DNA of 64,000 nucleotides from NCBI GenBank assembly GCA_965223415.1, contig OZ245002.1, positions 3,904,001-3,968,000 of the forward strand, in the 5' to 3' direction. Every line of letters starts with the position of its first letter. Within the stretch, counting starts at the first letter, position 1. The translations under genes and the position numbers were made by a program. The notes under the pieces were generated by a model. That model saw nothing but the letters and a program-made list of their open reading frames with translations, had not been told where the DNA came from and searched no databases. The DNA is from Myxococcota bacterium. Its GTDB lineage: Bacteria; Myxococcota_A; UBA9160; UBA6930. This document shows positions 1-12,148 of the stretch, in pieces.

Positions 1-84
1 AACGTCGTTGGCGCCGATCGCCCAGGCCATGTACAACGCGAGTACGCCGGCCATGGCGATCTCCGGCGCGACTCCGAACGGCAA
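1..84 (-). CDS. PiT-family inorganic phosphate transporter, N-terminal fragment (runs off window)
   Basis: Not in the ORF track. TTG at 84 is preceded by GGGAGG and reads LPFGVAPEIAMAGVLALYMAWAIGANDV; GANDV is the PiT signature. Confidence 0.8.
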   Translation of the reverse strand, partial: MPFGVAPEIAMAGVLALYMAWAIGANDV

Positions 85-227
85 GTGCGGGCCCTCCCGG
101 TGAACGGCGCCCAGGGTGTACCTGATTTCCTCCGTCCGTCACAAGATCGTGCGCGAAACGCCACCAGGTCCGCGCCGAGCGCCTGCCCGTTGCGTTGGGG
201 GCCCGTTCCGTTCGTTGCGTTGCCGGG

Positions 228-1274
228 TCAGTTTCGGGCGATGCAGGCTTCGGCGCGGCGGAAGAGGCCCAGGGTCTGGGCGTGGAGGAGATCGCCGATC
301 GGCTTGGGCGCCTTGCCGGCGCACGCCCGGGCGTGGGTGCCCTCGAGGATGATGCCGAGCTTGTAGCAGGCGAGGACCTCGTACCAGGCGATCGCGTCCA
401 AGGAGCGGACGGTGCCCCGGCGGTACTGCGCCACCAGCTCGTCGGCGGTCGGAAAGCCATCCCAGGGCTGGATCGCCACCGCGCCGGCGCCGGTGCCGTC
501 CGGCTGGGGCCAGGTCGCGAGCAGCCAGCCCAGGTCGAGCAGCGGATCGCCGATGGTGCTGAGCTCCCAGTCGACGATGGCCGCTAGCTCCGGGCTCTGG
601 CGTTCGAAGAGGACGTTCGCCAGGTGGTAGTCCCCGTGCAGGACGCCGGGAGACCACTCACCGGGCTTGTGTCGATCGAGCCACGCGGCCACCCGGTCGA
701 CGCCGGGAATCTCGGGCCCGCCGTATCCCTCGAGCTCGGAGTAGCTCGCCAGCTGCTTCTGCCAGCGGGGCACCTGTCGTTCGATGTATCCCTCTGGCCG
801 CCCGAAGCCCTCCAGCCCGACGGCCCGGTAGTCGACCCGGCCGAGTGCGGCGATGCCGTCGACCATCGAGAGCCCCATGCGGTGGCGGACGTGCGGGCTG
901 CCCGCGTGCAGCTCCGGCATCTCGGTCGGTGCGTGGAAGCCGTCGATCGGCTCCATCAGGTAGAACGCCGCGCCGAGCACGTCCTCCTCGGGACAGGCGG
1001 CGATGAGCGCCGGGTGCGGAACCTCCGAGCCCGCTAGGGCCCCGAGCACCCGCGCCTCCCGGCGCATGGTCTCGTCGCTGTTCGCCCGCTTGTGGAGGGG
1101 CGGCCGGCGCAGCACGAAGGCGTCGCAGCCTCGCCGGAAGCGCAGCAGGATGTTCTGGGTGCCGCCGCCGAGCGGCTCCACCTCCTCGAGGGGTCCGCTT
1201 CCCAGGCCCCGTTCGTCCATCCAGGCGCGCAGGACGTCCAGGTCGACGCCGGGGATCGGGGCGGAATCCGTCAT
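228..1274 (-). CDS. APH/ACAD10-like phosphotransferase family protein
   Basis: GGGTQN, VLRRPP, HGDYHLAN and DWELSTIGDPLLDLG motifs; start taken at MTDSAP. Confidence 0.85.
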   Translation of the reverse strand: MTDSAPIPGVDLDVLRAWMDERGLGSGPLEEVEPLGGGTQNILLRFRRGCDAFVLRRPPLHKRANSDETMRREARVLGALAGSEVPHPALIAACPEEDVLGAAFYLMEPIDGFHAPTEMPELHAGSPHVRHRMGLSMVDGIAALGRVDYRAVGLEGFGRPEGYIERQVPRWQKQLASYSELEGYGGPEIPGVDRVAAWLDRHKPGEWSPGVLHGDYHLANVLFERQSPELAAIVDWELSTIGDPLLDLGWLLATWPQPDGTGAGAVAIQPWDGFPTADELVAQYRRGTVRSLDAIAWYEVLACYKLGIILEGTHARACAGKAPKPIGDLLHAQTLGLFRRAEACIARN

Positions 1275-1419
1275 GGCGGCGCAACGGTACCCGACCCGCG
1301 CGTTCGGGGGAGATTCGCCCCGCGGGGGAAGGCCCGCTCGACGGGTTGGCCATTCCGGCGCAGCCTGTCCGAATCGGGCGTTCCCGGTCGTAGTACGCCC
1401 GCGCTCACAGGAGGCATCC

Positions 1420-1809
1420 ATGCCCATTCCGATCACGGGTCTCTACCTGGCCATCTTCGCGGTGATGTCCGGCATCCTGGCCTTCCCGGCCGGGAGACTG
1501 CGCGGCTCCACCGGGATCTCCGTCGGCGATGGCGGCAACCCGGAGCTGCTGCTGGCGATGCGCCGTCACGCCAACTTCGTCGAGTACGTGCCGCTCCTGC
1601 TGGTGATGTTCGCCGCGCTGGAGCTCGGCGGGGCCTCGGCGGGGCTGCTCCACGGGCTCGGCCTCGCGCTCGTCGTCGCGCGCATCTGCCACGCCGTCGG
1701 GCTCAAGGCGGACTCCGTCCAGGGCGCCCTGCGCGGCGTCGGGGCCGGTGGCACGCTGCTGATCACCCTCGTCGCCGCGGGGGCGTTGGTGATGCAGTTC
1801 CTCGCCTGA
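1420..1809 (+). CDS. MAPEG family membrane protein
   Basis: RRHANFVEYVP and ARICHAVG motifs, hydrophobic helices, GGAGG RBS. Confidence 0.85.
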   Translation: MPIPITGLYLAIFAVMSGILAFPAGRLRGSTGISVGDGGNPELLLAMRRHANFVEYVPLLLVMFAALELGGASAGLLHGLGLALVVARICHAVGLKADSVQGALRGVGAGGTLLITLVAAGALVMQFLA

Positions 1810-1868
1810 GGCCCGCGGCCTGAACTCGGCAGCTTGACGCCGGCTGCGGCGCATGGAGACTTGCCTCC

Positions 1869-3041
1869 ATGCAGGGATCCGCGGCCGTCGTCGGCGTTGG
1901 CGAATCGGCGTACTACGTGCGCGGCCGGTCGCCGGACACCGAGTTCCAGCTCGCTTGCACCGCGATCCGACACGCCGTCGAGGATTCTGGCCTCGCCCTG
2001 GAGGACGTCGACGGCATCGTCTCCTACATGGATCAGCGCAACGATCCCATGCGCCTGGCCGCGGCCCTGGGAATCCGGGAGCTGCGCTGGACCGGCCAGC
2101 CCTTCGGCGGCGGAGGCAACAACGCGGCCGCCGCCGTCCAGCTGGCCGACGCCGCCGTCACGGCCGGCTACGCCCGCCACGTGGTGGCGTTCCGCGCCCT
2201 GGCCCAGGGGCAGTTCGGCCGCTTCGGCCAGGCCGGCGCGGGCGCCGGCCGCGGCGGCGCCATCGGAGGACCCATGGCCTGGTCCGCGGCCTACGGCCTG
2301 CTCTCGCCGGCCCAGGAGTGCGCGCTCCACACGCGACGCTTCCTGCACGACCACGGCATCTCCCAGGAGGCCCTCTGCGAGATCGCGCTCGCATGCTATG
2401 CCAACGCCCAGCGCAACCCGCGTGCCCTGCGGGGCGGCCGGCCCCTCACCCGCGAGGCCTATCATGCCTCCCGATGGATCGTGGAGCCCTTCCATCTCTA
2501 CGATTGCTGTCCCGAGAACGACGGTGCCGCGGCGGTGGTCGTCACCTCGGCCGAGCGCGCCCGCGATCTCGCGAAGCCACCGGTGGCGATCGCCGCCGCC
2601 GCCCAGGGCTACGGGCCGCGCTTCGGCAGCGCCGCCTTCCAGCCCGCCCACTTCCCCGGCGTCTTCTACCGCGAGGCCGCCCGGGATCTCTGGGACCGGG
2701 CCGGGGTGGAGCCCAGAGACGTCTCCGTCGCGCAGTTCTACGAGAACTTCACCGGCCCCGTCCTGATGGCGCTGGTCGAGATGGGCTTCTGCGCCGCCGA
2801 CGAGGTGGAGGCCTTCGTCGCCGACGGCGCCCTGGCCGGGCCGGACGCCCGGCTCCCCTTCAACACGAGCGGCGGCAACCTGGGCGAGGCCTACATCCAC
2901 GGCTTCGAGCTGGTGAACGAGGCCGTCCGCCAGGTGCGCGGCGAGTCGACCTGCCAGGTGGAAGACGTCGAGCACTCTCTGGTGGTGGGCGGACCCGGCT
3001 ATGCGCCCGCGAGCACCGTGCTCTTCGAGAGGGCCCGATGA
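1869..3041 (+). CDS. Thiolase-fold Ltp2-like/SCP-x-like protein (probable retro-aldolase)
   Basis: DCCPENDGA, FYENFT and NTSGGNLGEAYIHG motifs; no thiolase catalytic Cys; followed by a DUF35 gene. Confidence 0.8.
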   Translation: MQGSAAVVGVGESAYYVRGRSPDTEFQLACTAIRHAVEDSGLALEDVDGIVSYMDQRNDPMRLAAALGIRELRWTGQPFGGGGNNAAAAVQLADAAVTAGYARHVVAFRALAQGQFGRFGQAGAGAGRGGAIGGPMAWSAAYGLLSPAQECALHTRRFLHDHGISQEALCEIALACYANAQRNPRALRGGRPLTREAYHASRWIVEPFHLYDCCPENDGAAAVVVTSAERARDLAKPPVAIAAAAQGYGPRFGSAAFQPAHFPGVFYREAARDLWDRAGVEPRDVSVAQFYENFTGPVLMALVEMGFCAADEVEAFVADGALAGPDARLPFNTSGGNLGEAYIHGFELVNEAVRQVRGESTCQVEDVEHSLVVGGPGYAPASTVLFERAR

Positions 3042-3448
3042 GCCGCGTGCTGGGCGATGGCTGGCTGGTCCCGGCACTCGACGACGGCAACCGGGCCTTC
3101 TTCACCCGCGGCGCCGTCGTGCTGCGCCGCTGCGAGGACTGCGGTGTGCTCTCCCATCCGCCGGACGATGTATGCGGCAGCTGCCAGGGCACCCGCTTCG
3201 GCGAGTTCGAGAGCGCGGGCCGGGGCCGGATCGAGAGCGTCGCCGTGGTCCACCACCCGGTGCACCCGGCGCTGGCGGACGCGTGCCCCTACGCCGTCGT
3301 CGTGGTCTCCCTCGACGACGCGCCGACGGTCCACCTGATCGGCAATGTCGTCGGAACGCCGCCCGGGGAGATCGCCATCGGCCAGGCGGTTCGTGCCGTG
3401 TTCGAGGAGGTCGGGGAGCTGCGCATCCCGCAGTGGGAGCCCTGCTGA
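3038..3448 (+). CDS. Zn-ribbon/OB-fold DUF35 (ChsH2-like) protein
   Basis: CEDC...CGSC Zn ribbon, PYAVVVVSL; ATGA overlap with the upstream gene. Confidence 0.85.
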   Translation: MSRVLGDGWLVPALDDGNRAFFTRGAVVLRRCEDCGVLSHPPDDVCGSCQGTRFGEFESAGRGRIESVAVVHHPVHPALADACPYAVVVVSLDDAPTVHLIGNVVGTPPGEIAIGQAVRAVFEEVGELRIPQWEPC

Positions 3449-3481
3449 GGCGCTCGCGATAGACTGGGCCCGGGAGGAGCC

Positions 3482-3970
3482 ATGGGCGTCGAAGTCAACG
3501 GGATCGCACATCTCCAGCTGACCGTGCGGGATCCGGACCGCTGCATCCCGTTCTGGGAGAAGCTGTGCCATTTCCTCGAGATGAAGACGCTCATCAAAGG
3601 CGACGACATCGTCTACTGCATCGGCAGCCGCACGGGCATCCTCGTGCGGGGCGCGCCGCCAGACAAGCGCGACGTCGCCTTCGACCAGGAGCGCCCGGGG
3701 CTCCACCACCTGTGCTTCCGGGCCCGTCAGCGCGAGGACGTGGACGCGATCTTCGCCTTCGCCCGGGACGATCTCGGCGCCACCGTCGTCCACGGGCCCG
3801 AGGAGGGCGGCTTCGCGCCGGGCTACTACTCCATCCTGCTCGAGGACCCGGACGGCATTCGCATCGAGGTGAACTTCGTTCCGGGCAAGGGGCACCTGGG
3901 GAAGGGCGGCCGGCTGGGCGAGGGCGGCGACGGCGTCGCCACCGAGTACGGCGAGGAGGGCCTCGGCTGA
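3482..3970 (+). CDS. VOC/glyoxalase family protein
   Basis: IAHLQLTV, GLHHLCF, EDPDGIRIEV; GGAGG RBS. Confidence 0.85.
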   Translation: MGVEVNGIAHLQLTVRDPDRCIPFWEKLCHFLEMKTLIKGDDIVYCIGSRTGILVRGAPPDKRDVAFDQERPGLHHLCFRARQREDVDAIFAFARDDLGATVVHGPEEGGFAPGYYSILLEDPDGIRIEVNFVPGKGHLGKGGRLGEGGDGVATEYGEEGLG

Positions 3971-4749
3971 TGGCCGAAGGCCTGTTCAACTACCTCGCGC
4001 CCATGGACGAGCGCCCCTACTACTACGTCGGCTCGCCGCCGGAGGGCAGGCCGTGGCGCAACACCCGGGGCGATCGTCGCCGCCTGCCGGTGGCGGACGC
4101 CCGGCAGGCCACCGAAGCCAGCCTCGACCGCGAGGGCTTCGCGCTAGCGCGGCTCGTGAGTGCGGCGGACCCGTGGGATCCCAGGGACGTTCGCGGGCGC
4201 TACCTCCCTGAGGTCGAGGCGTTGGTGCGCGAGGCGACGGGCGCGGCCCGCGTCGTGGCCTTCGACCACAACGTGCGCTCCGAGGCCCGGGCCGACGGCG
4301 CCCAGGCCCCGGTCCGCTTCGTCCACAACGACTACACGCTGGGCTCGGGCCCCCAGCGGGTGCGCGACCTCATGCCCGCCGACGAGGTGGACGAGCTGCT
4401 CGCGCGGCGCTTCGCGGTCATCAACGTCTGGAAGCCGATCGCCCGCCCCGTGCAGCGGGCACCGCTCGGCTTCCTCGACGCGCGGAGCCTCGTGCAGGAG
4501 GACTTCGTCGCGACGGACCTGCGCTACCCGGAGCGGACCGGCGAGGTCTACTCGCTGCTCTGGCGCGAGGCCCATCGTTGGGCCCACTACCCGGAGATGC
4601 AGCCGGACGAGGCCCTGCTCCTGAAGTGCTACGACTCCGCCGCGGACCGGGCCCGCTTCACCGCCCACTCGGCCTTCGACGATCCGGCCACTCCCGAACA
4701 CGCACCGGCCCGTGAGAGCATTGAGGTCCGGACCCTGGCGTTCTTCTAG
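3970..4749 (+). CDS. CmcJ/NvfI-like oxidoreductase
   Basis: FDHNVR, VHNDYT, INVWKPI, AHSAFDDP and RESIEVR motifs. Confidence 0.8.
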   Translation: MAEGLFNYLAPMDERPYYYVGSPPEGRPWRNTRGDRRRLPVADARQATEASLDREGFALARLVSAADPWDPRDVRGRYLPEVEALVREATGAARVVAFDHNVRSEARADGAQAPVRFVHNDYTLGSGPQRVRDLMPADEVDELLARRFAVINVWKPIARPVQRAPLGFLDARSLVQEDFVATDLRYPERTGEVYSLLWREAHRWAHYPEMQPDEALLLKCYDSAADRARFTAHSAFDDPATPEHAPARESIEVRTLAFF

Positions 4750-4751
4750 CC

Positions 4752-5867
4752 ATGGCCGACGACCCGATCACCCAGGTCGAGAGCGGCGAGGCCTGGCACG
4801 CCTTCTGCGATCTGCTGAAGCAGGCCGGCGACGTCCTGCAGCGCGAAGAGCTGCGCGCGACGACCTTCGATCGCGCCGAGGGGATGCGCTACCTGAGCCG
4901 CCTGCTGCGGGCGGGGCTGGTCGCCTTCGCCGAGGGCACGGGCCCCCTGCACCCGGAGTTCCGGGCCCTGCCGGAGCTCGTGAAGATGGGCCTCGACAAC
5001 CCGGACAACTGGTATCTCTCGGCTTCGGTGAACGCCCGCCACCGCTACCGCATCCAGGGACGCCGCGGCACGATCCACTACTTGAGCTTCGCGGCCCAGA
5101 GCCAGAACTTCGCAAAGCGGGATCGCATCACCGGCGGCGCTGGCCACCTGAACGACGCGGAGCTCGTGCTCGACGACGACGGCTGCTTCGAGATCCTCGC
5201 CAGCCAGGAGCCGCCGGAGGCCCCGGGCGTGAGCTGGCTGCGCATGAGCCCGGACACCACCCAGATCCTGCTGCGCCAGACCTTCCTGCGGCGCGCTCGC
5301 GAACGGCCGGTGGAGGCCTCGATCGAGTGTCTCGACCACGAGGAGGCCCCGGCGCCCCTCGACCCGGCGCGGGTGCCCGGCCAGCTCATGGGTGCCGCCC
5401 TGTACGCGATCGGCTGTGCCCAGTGGTTTGCCGACTGGGTGGTGGGCTTCCTCGAGAAGGCGCCCGTGAACGCATTCCATCTCCCGGACGCCGAGAGCCA
5501 CCGCTTCGTGGGCGGCGACCCGAACATCGTGATCCCCCTGGGCTACTGGCGGCTCGCCCCCGACGAGGCCCTGGTGATCGAGGCGCCGGTGCCTGCCTGC
5601 CACTACTGGAACTTCCAGCTCGGCAACGTGTGGGCGGAATCGCTCGACTACCGCAATCGCCGGGTCCACCTGAACAGCGCCGATGCGGTGGTGGGGGACG
5701 ACGGCGTGGTGCAGATCGTGGTCGCCGCCCGTGACCCGGGGCACCCCAACTGGATGGACACGGCCGGTCACGACCACGGCACCATGGGATTCCGCTGGGT
5801 CCGGGCCGACGCCCACCCGATCCCCACCACCCGGGTCGTGCCGCTCGGGAGCCTGACGCGCGCCTAG
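4752..5867 (+). CDS. DUF1214-type domain protein
   Basis: [25 protein letters not shown] and [13 protein letters not shown]; paralogous to 28595-29785. Confidence 0.7.
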   Translation: MADDPITQVESGEAWHAFCDLLKQAGDVLQREELRATTFDRAEGMRYLSRLLRAGLVAFAEGTGPLHPEFRALPELVKMGLDNPDNWYLSASVNARHRYRIQGRRGTIHYLSFAAQSQNFAKRDRITGGAGHLNDAELVLDDDGCFEILASQEPPEAPGVSWLRMSPDTTQILLRQTFLRRARERPVEASIECLDHEEAPAPLDPARVPGQLMGAALYAIGCAQWFADWVVGFLEKAPVNAFHLPDAESHRFVGGDPNIVIPLGYWRLAPDEALVIEAPVPACHYWNFQLGNVWAESLDYRNRRVHLNSADAVVGDDGVVQIVVAARDPGHPNWMDTAGHDHGTMGFRWVRADAHPIPTTRVVPLGSLTRA

Positions 5868-5980
5868 GCTGTTCGAAACGGCGTTCGATTTCCTTCGCGT
5901 TTCGAGGGGGTTGCAAACCCGTTACCCTCCGCGCCGTCCGGAAGCCCCTCATCTCGGGGGGGCCGATCCACGGAGGATGG

Positions 5981-7996
<2,016 letters not shown>

Positions 7997-8105
7997 GGGT
8001 CGGTTCCGCTTGTTGCGTTCCCTCCGGGGAGCGCGCGGCGGTTCTGGCAAAAGGCCGGGCCGGGTGTTACCGATGAGCCCCTTTCACGGGAGGCCGGAAC
8101 GGCAG

Positions 8106-8417
8106 ATGATCGACTCCTCGATCCTTTGGAACGTGGGCTGGAGCGCGGTGGCCGCCATGGTGCTCGGCTGGCTCGTCGTGTCCTTCGTGCCCGCCGGCCG
8201 CGGCAAGGCGCTGCTGGCCCGGCTGACCGCCATCGCCATGTACGTGGCGTTCCTCTGCCTGTTCACGGCGGGCTTCCAGCGCACCGAGAGCACGGTGGGA
8301 ACGCTCGGCTTCGGCTTCCTGGTGGGCCTGTTCGCCGCGGGCTTCCTCGTCAGCCTCTGGAAGGGCGTGCAGGAACTCGCGGGCGGCGCATCCGCGGGGG
8401 AGCACGCCGCCCACTAG
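8106..8417 (+). CDS. Small hypothetical membrane protein (about 3 TM)
   Basis: 103 aa with three hydrophobic stretches; fills the gap between tkt and dnaE2. Confidence 0.6.
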   Translation: MIDSSILWNVGWSAVAAMVLGWLVVSFVPAGRGKALLARLTAIAMYVAFLCLFTAGFQRTESTVGTLGFGFLVGLFAAGFLVSLWKGVQELAGGASAGEHAAH

Positions 8418-8479
8418 CAGCTGCCCGCCATGAAGTTGCTGTCGAGGGTCCGGGGGCGAATCTGAGTCAGGTGGACGGG

Positions 8480-11400
8480 CTAGTGGTAGTCGTGGGACCC
8501 GTAGCCTCGCCCCCGCCCGCTTCGGCCGCCGCTTCCAGGGGATTTCACTTCGGTCTCCATGGCGAGGGGCCGGATGCTCCCGACCTTCACGTGGATGACC
8601 CCGTCCACGTTCTGGATCGGCCCGGCCACCTCGAGCAGCGGGGAGGCGTGCAGGGGGATCCGCAGCCGGGCGAAGGCGTCCGGCGTGAGGACCGCGTTGG
8701 AGGTGCCCGTCTCGTCCTCCAGGGTGAGGAAGCAGAAGCCCTTCGCCGAGCCCGGGCGCTGGCGCACGATCACGTGGCCGGCGGTGCGCACGAAGCGCCC
8801 ATTCGGCAGCTCCTTCAGCGCGCCGGCGGAAAGGACGCCGCGGGCCCGGAGCTCCGCACGCAGGTGGCTCATGACGTGGGGCCCGGTCGTGATGCCCGTC
8901 GTGCGGTAGTCGGCCAGGGTGGTTTCGAGGGGGCTGAGCTCCTCGAGAGGGGAGGGCGCGTCGCTCCCGGGCGGCTTCGCCCCGGCGAAGAGCGACTGGG
9001 GATCGCGCTCCACCGCGGCCACCTGCCAGATCGCCGAGCGTCGCGTCGGCGCCGCCGGGTCGATCGACGCCAGGGCGCCGCTCTCGGCCAGGGCAAAGGT
9101 CTCGTCTCGCTTGGGCGCCACCCGCTTCGCGAAGTCCGCCAGCCCCTCGAAGGGCGCCTGGGCGCGCTCCATCGCGATCCGCTCCCCCGTCTCCTTCGCC
9201 AGCCCCGCCACGTACCGCAGCCCCACCCGCGGCCGCGGTCCCGTTTCGCCGGGTTCGAGGACGCACTTCCAATCGGAGTGGGCAACCTCGATGGGGAGGA
9301 CGGTGACGCCGTGGCGCTGGGCGTCCTTCACGAGGGTGGCGGGGTTGTAGAAGCCCATGGGCCAGGCGTTCAGCATGCCGACGAGGAAGGCGGCCGGATG
9401 GTGGGCGCGCAGGTAGGCGGAGGCGTAGGCGATCAGGGCGAAGGAGGCCGAGTGCGATTCGGGGAAGCCGTAGAGGGCGAACGACGTGATGCCGCGGACG
9501 ATCTCCTCCTGGGCTTCGCCGGTGATGCCGCGCGCCTGCATGCCGCTGCGTAGCCGCTCCTCGATCTCGGCCATGCGCTCCACCGAACGCTTGAAGCCCA
9601 TGGCCCGGCGCAGCTCCTCGGCCTCGCCGCCGGTGAAGCCCGAGGCCTCCATCGCCAGCCGCAGGAGTTGCTCCTGGAAGATCGGCACGCCCAGGGTGCG
9701 CTTCAGGATCGGCTCGAGGGAGGGATGCGGATAGGTCACGGGCTCGCGCCCGGCCCGGCGGTTCAGGTAGGGGTGCACCATCTGCCCCACGATCGGCCCG
9801 GGCCGGATGATCGCGATCTCTACCACCAGGTCGTAGAAGCAGGCGGGCTTCATGCGCGGGAGCGTCGCCATCTGGGCGCGGCTCTCGATCTGGAAGACAC
9901 CGACGGTGTCGGCCTCCTGGATCATGGCGTAGGTCTTCCGGTCGTCCGGGGGCAGGTGGGCCAGGTCGATCTCCACCCCTTCGTGCTCGCGGATCAGCGG
10001 GATCGTCTGCTCCAACGCATCGAGCATGCCGAGGCCGAGGAGATCGATCTTGATGATCCCCAGGTCGGCGCAGTCGTCCTTGTCCCACTGCACGACGCGC
10101 CGGTCCGGCATGGCAGCGGGCTCGATCGGCACCACCTCGTCGAGCCGGTCCTGGGCGATGACCAGGCCTCCGGTGTGCTGGCCCAGGTGCCTCGGCAGCC
10201 CCTGCATCTGCTCCGACAGCTCGAGCAGGAGCTGGACGCGGGGTGAGCGAGGATCGACGCCGGCCTCCCGGAGCATGGCGCAGGTGTCGTCCAGGTCCTC
10301 CCGGAAACGGAACTGGCGCAGCTTCTTCGAGAGCCGGTCGAGGAAGTCGGCCTCCATGCCGAGCACCTTGCCGATCTCGCGGAAGGCGGAGCGGGTGCGG
10401 TAGGAAATCACCGTCGCGGTCATGCCCACGCCGTGGGGGCCGTACTTCTCGTAGACGTACTGGATCGCCTTCTCGCGCTGGTCGCCGGAGGGGAGGTCGA
10501 GGTCGATGTCCGGCCACTCGCCGCGCTCCTCGGAGAGGAAGCGCTCGAAGAGGAGCTCCATGCCCACCGGATCCACCGCCGTGATGGAGAGCGCATAACA
10601 AACCGCGCTGTTTGCCGCCGAGCCCCGGCCCTGGCACAGGATCCCCTCTTCCCGGGCGAAGCGAGCGATGTCCCAGACGATCAGGAAGTAGCCGGCCAGG
10701 TCGAGCTTCTCGATCACCGCGAGCTCGTGCTCGATCTGCGTGCGCGCGCGCGGCGGCAGGGGATCGCCGTAGCGCTCCCGTGCCCCGGAAAAGGTGAGCC
10801 TGCGCAGCCAGGAGCTCTGGCTCTCGCCCGGTGGCGTCGGATAGATGGGAAAGCGGTAGCCCAGGTCCTCGAAGGTGAACGCGCAGCGTTCGGCCACCTG
10901 GCGGGTCGCGCGCAGCCAGGCGGGCCGATCGGCGAAACGCGCTGCCATCTCGGCGGGCGTGCGCAGGACGCGCTCGCCGTTCGGCAGCAGCTCCCGCCCC
11001 GCCTGGTCGAGGCGGGTCTTCGCGCGCAGGCAGGTGAAGGCGTCGAGCAGCCGCCGGCCCTCGGGGCGCGCCACCCGCACGTCGCCCCAGGCCAGGACGG
11101 GGACGTCGGAGCTCTCGGCCACCGCCACCGCGAAGCGGCTCTGGCCCTCGAGCGCGCGATCGAGGGCGCGGGCCACGCCGACCGCGACACGGCCCCCGCC
11201 GAAGACGCCCTTCAGCCGATCGAGTCGCGCCGGCGTGAGGGAGCCGCTGGCGGGCACCAACGCCGTGAGCCCGCCCGCGTGGGCCTCGAGCTCCTCCCAG
11301 CCGGCCCGGGCCTCGCCCTTGGGCGCGTTCCCCTGGGCCGTGGTGAGCAGTCGCGCCAGGTTCCGGTAGCCCTGGCGGCTCTCGGCCAGGAGCACCAGGG

Positions 11401-11632
11401 GCGCACCACCGGCAGCGGACAGCTCGGCCCCCACGATGGCGCGCACCCCGGCCCGCCGTGCCGCGGCGTGGAAGCGAGGGGCGCCGTAGAGGCCGTCCCG
11501 ATCGGCCAGGGCCAGCACGCCGTGCCCCAGGGCGGCTCCCTGCTGGACCAGATCCTCCGGGTTGGACGCGCCTTCCAGGAAGGAGAACGCGCTTCGGCAC
11601 CGGAGCTCGACATAGGGGGAGGCGTCGGGCAC
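8480..11632 (-). CDS. dnaE2: Error-prone DNA polymerase DnaE2 (ImuC)
   Basis: SAFSFLEGAS, GRGSAANS, PDIDLD, YGFPESHSASFA, and C-terminal SHDYH (SRDFH-like). Start moved to GTG 11632 because the ORF-track TTG is the -35 hexamer. Confidence 0.95.
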   Translation of the reverse strand: MPDASPYVELRCRSAFSFLEGASNPEDLVQQGAALGHGVLALADRDGLYGAPRFHAAARRAGVRAIVGAELSAAGGAPLVLLAESRQGYRNLARLLTTAQGNAPKGEARAGWEELEAHAGGLTALVPASGSLTPARLDRLKGVFGGGRVAVGVARALDRALEGQSRFAVAVAESSDVPVLAWGDVRVARPEGRRLLDAFTCLRAKTRLDQAGRELLPNGERVLRTPAEMAARFADRPAWLRATRQVAERCAFTFEDLGYRFPIYPTPPGESQSSWLRRLTFSGARERYGDPLPPRARTQIEHELAVIEKLDLAGYFLIVWDIARFAREEGILCQGRGSAANSAVCYALSITAVDPVGMELLFERFLSEERGEWPDIDLDLPSGDQREKAIQYVYEKYGPHGVGMTATVISYRTRSAFREIGKVLGMEADFLDRLSKKLRQFRFREDLDDTCAMLREAGVDPRSPRVQLLLELSEQMQGLPRHLGQHTGGLVIAQDRLDEVVPIEPAAMPDRRVVQWDKDDCADLGIIKIDLLGLGMLDALEQTIPLIREHEGVEIDLAHLPPDDRKTYAMIQEADTVGVFQIESRAQMATLPRMKPACFYDLVVEIAIIRPGPIVGQMVHPYLNRRAGREPVTYPHPSLEPILKRTLGVPIFQEQLLRLAMEASGFTGGEAEELRRAMGFKRSVERMAEIEERLRSGMQARGITGEAQEEIVRGITSFALYGFPESHSASFALIAYASAYLRAHHPAAFLVGMLNAWPMGFYNPATLVKDAQRHGVTVLPIEVAHSDWKCVLEPGETGPRPRVGLRYVAGLAKETGERIAMERAQAPFEGLADFAKRVAPKRDETFALAESGALASIDPAAPTRRSAIWQVAAVERDPQSLFAGAKPPGSDAPSPLEELSPLETTLADYRTTGITTGPHVMSHLRAELRARGVLSAGALKELPNGRFVRTAGHVIVRQRPGSAKGFCFLTLEDETGTSNAVLTPDAFARLRIPLHASPLLEVAGPIQNVDGVIHVKVGSIRPLAMETEVKSPGSGGRSGRGRGYGSHDYH

Positions 11633-11639
11633 GAAACGG

Positions 11640-11668
11640 ATTTTCGTCTTTTCTTCGCCACGGGTCAA
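11640..11668 (-). promoter_or_regulatory. Promoter/operator of dnaE2 (TTGACC-17-GAAAAT with CGAA-N7-CGAA)
   Basis: 25/29 identical to 34744-34772 upstream of imuA. Confidence 0.7.
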
Positions 11669-11703
11669 GTGTTCCTGCCCGGGGTTTCCGCCATCTTCGA
11701 GGT

Positions 11704-12078
11704 GTGGAACCGGGTCCTCTCGCTCTCGTCGTCGACGACGAGCCCATCGTCCAGCGCCTCGTGGCGCGCATCTTCGAGCGGGACGGCATCGAGGTGTGTC
11801 CGGCGATCGACGGCGACGGCGCCCTCGAGCGCATCCGCGACCGCACGAGGCCTATCGACCGCGCGCTGATCGACGCCACCGTGCCGCCGGGCGGCGCCGC
11901 CCCCGTGATCGAGGCCCTGCTCGACCTCGACCCCCGTCCCCTCGTGGTCGTGACCAGCGGCAAGCCCCTCGACGGCGACCTGCAGCTCCTCGTCGAGCGC
12001 ATCGGCGCCGTCTACCTGCCCAAGCCCTTCGGTCCCCAGTCCCTGCTCGATGCCGTGGAGGCCGCCCGTCGGTCGTGA
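11704..12078 (+). CDS. Single-domain response regulator receiver
   Basis: LVVDDE, ALID (phospho-Asp position), VVTSG, LPKPF. Confidence 0.85.
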   Translation: MEPGPLALVVDDEPIVQRLVARIFERDGIEVCPAIDGDGALERIRDRTRPIDRALIDATVPPGGAAPVIEALLDLDPRPLVVVTSGKPLDGDLQLLVERIGAVYLPKPFGPQSLLDAVEAARRS

Positions 12079-12148
12079 GCCGCCGGCACGCTCGCCGCAT
12101 CGCTCGCGTGCTCCCGCCGGGTCCGCACCGGTTTGCGAGACTCCCGCC

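Noticed and set aside
100..180. Pho box upstream of the PiT gene
   Set aside because: Only one GTCAC half-site, with no 11-bp-spaced repeat.
11633..11668. N-terminal extension MTRGEEKTKIRF of DnaE2
   Set aside because: It coincides with the promoter motif that is non-coding upstream of imuA.
8067..12002. 1311-aa Arg/Pro/Gly-rich ORF
   Set aside because: Alternative frame of dnaE2 with typical off-frame composition.
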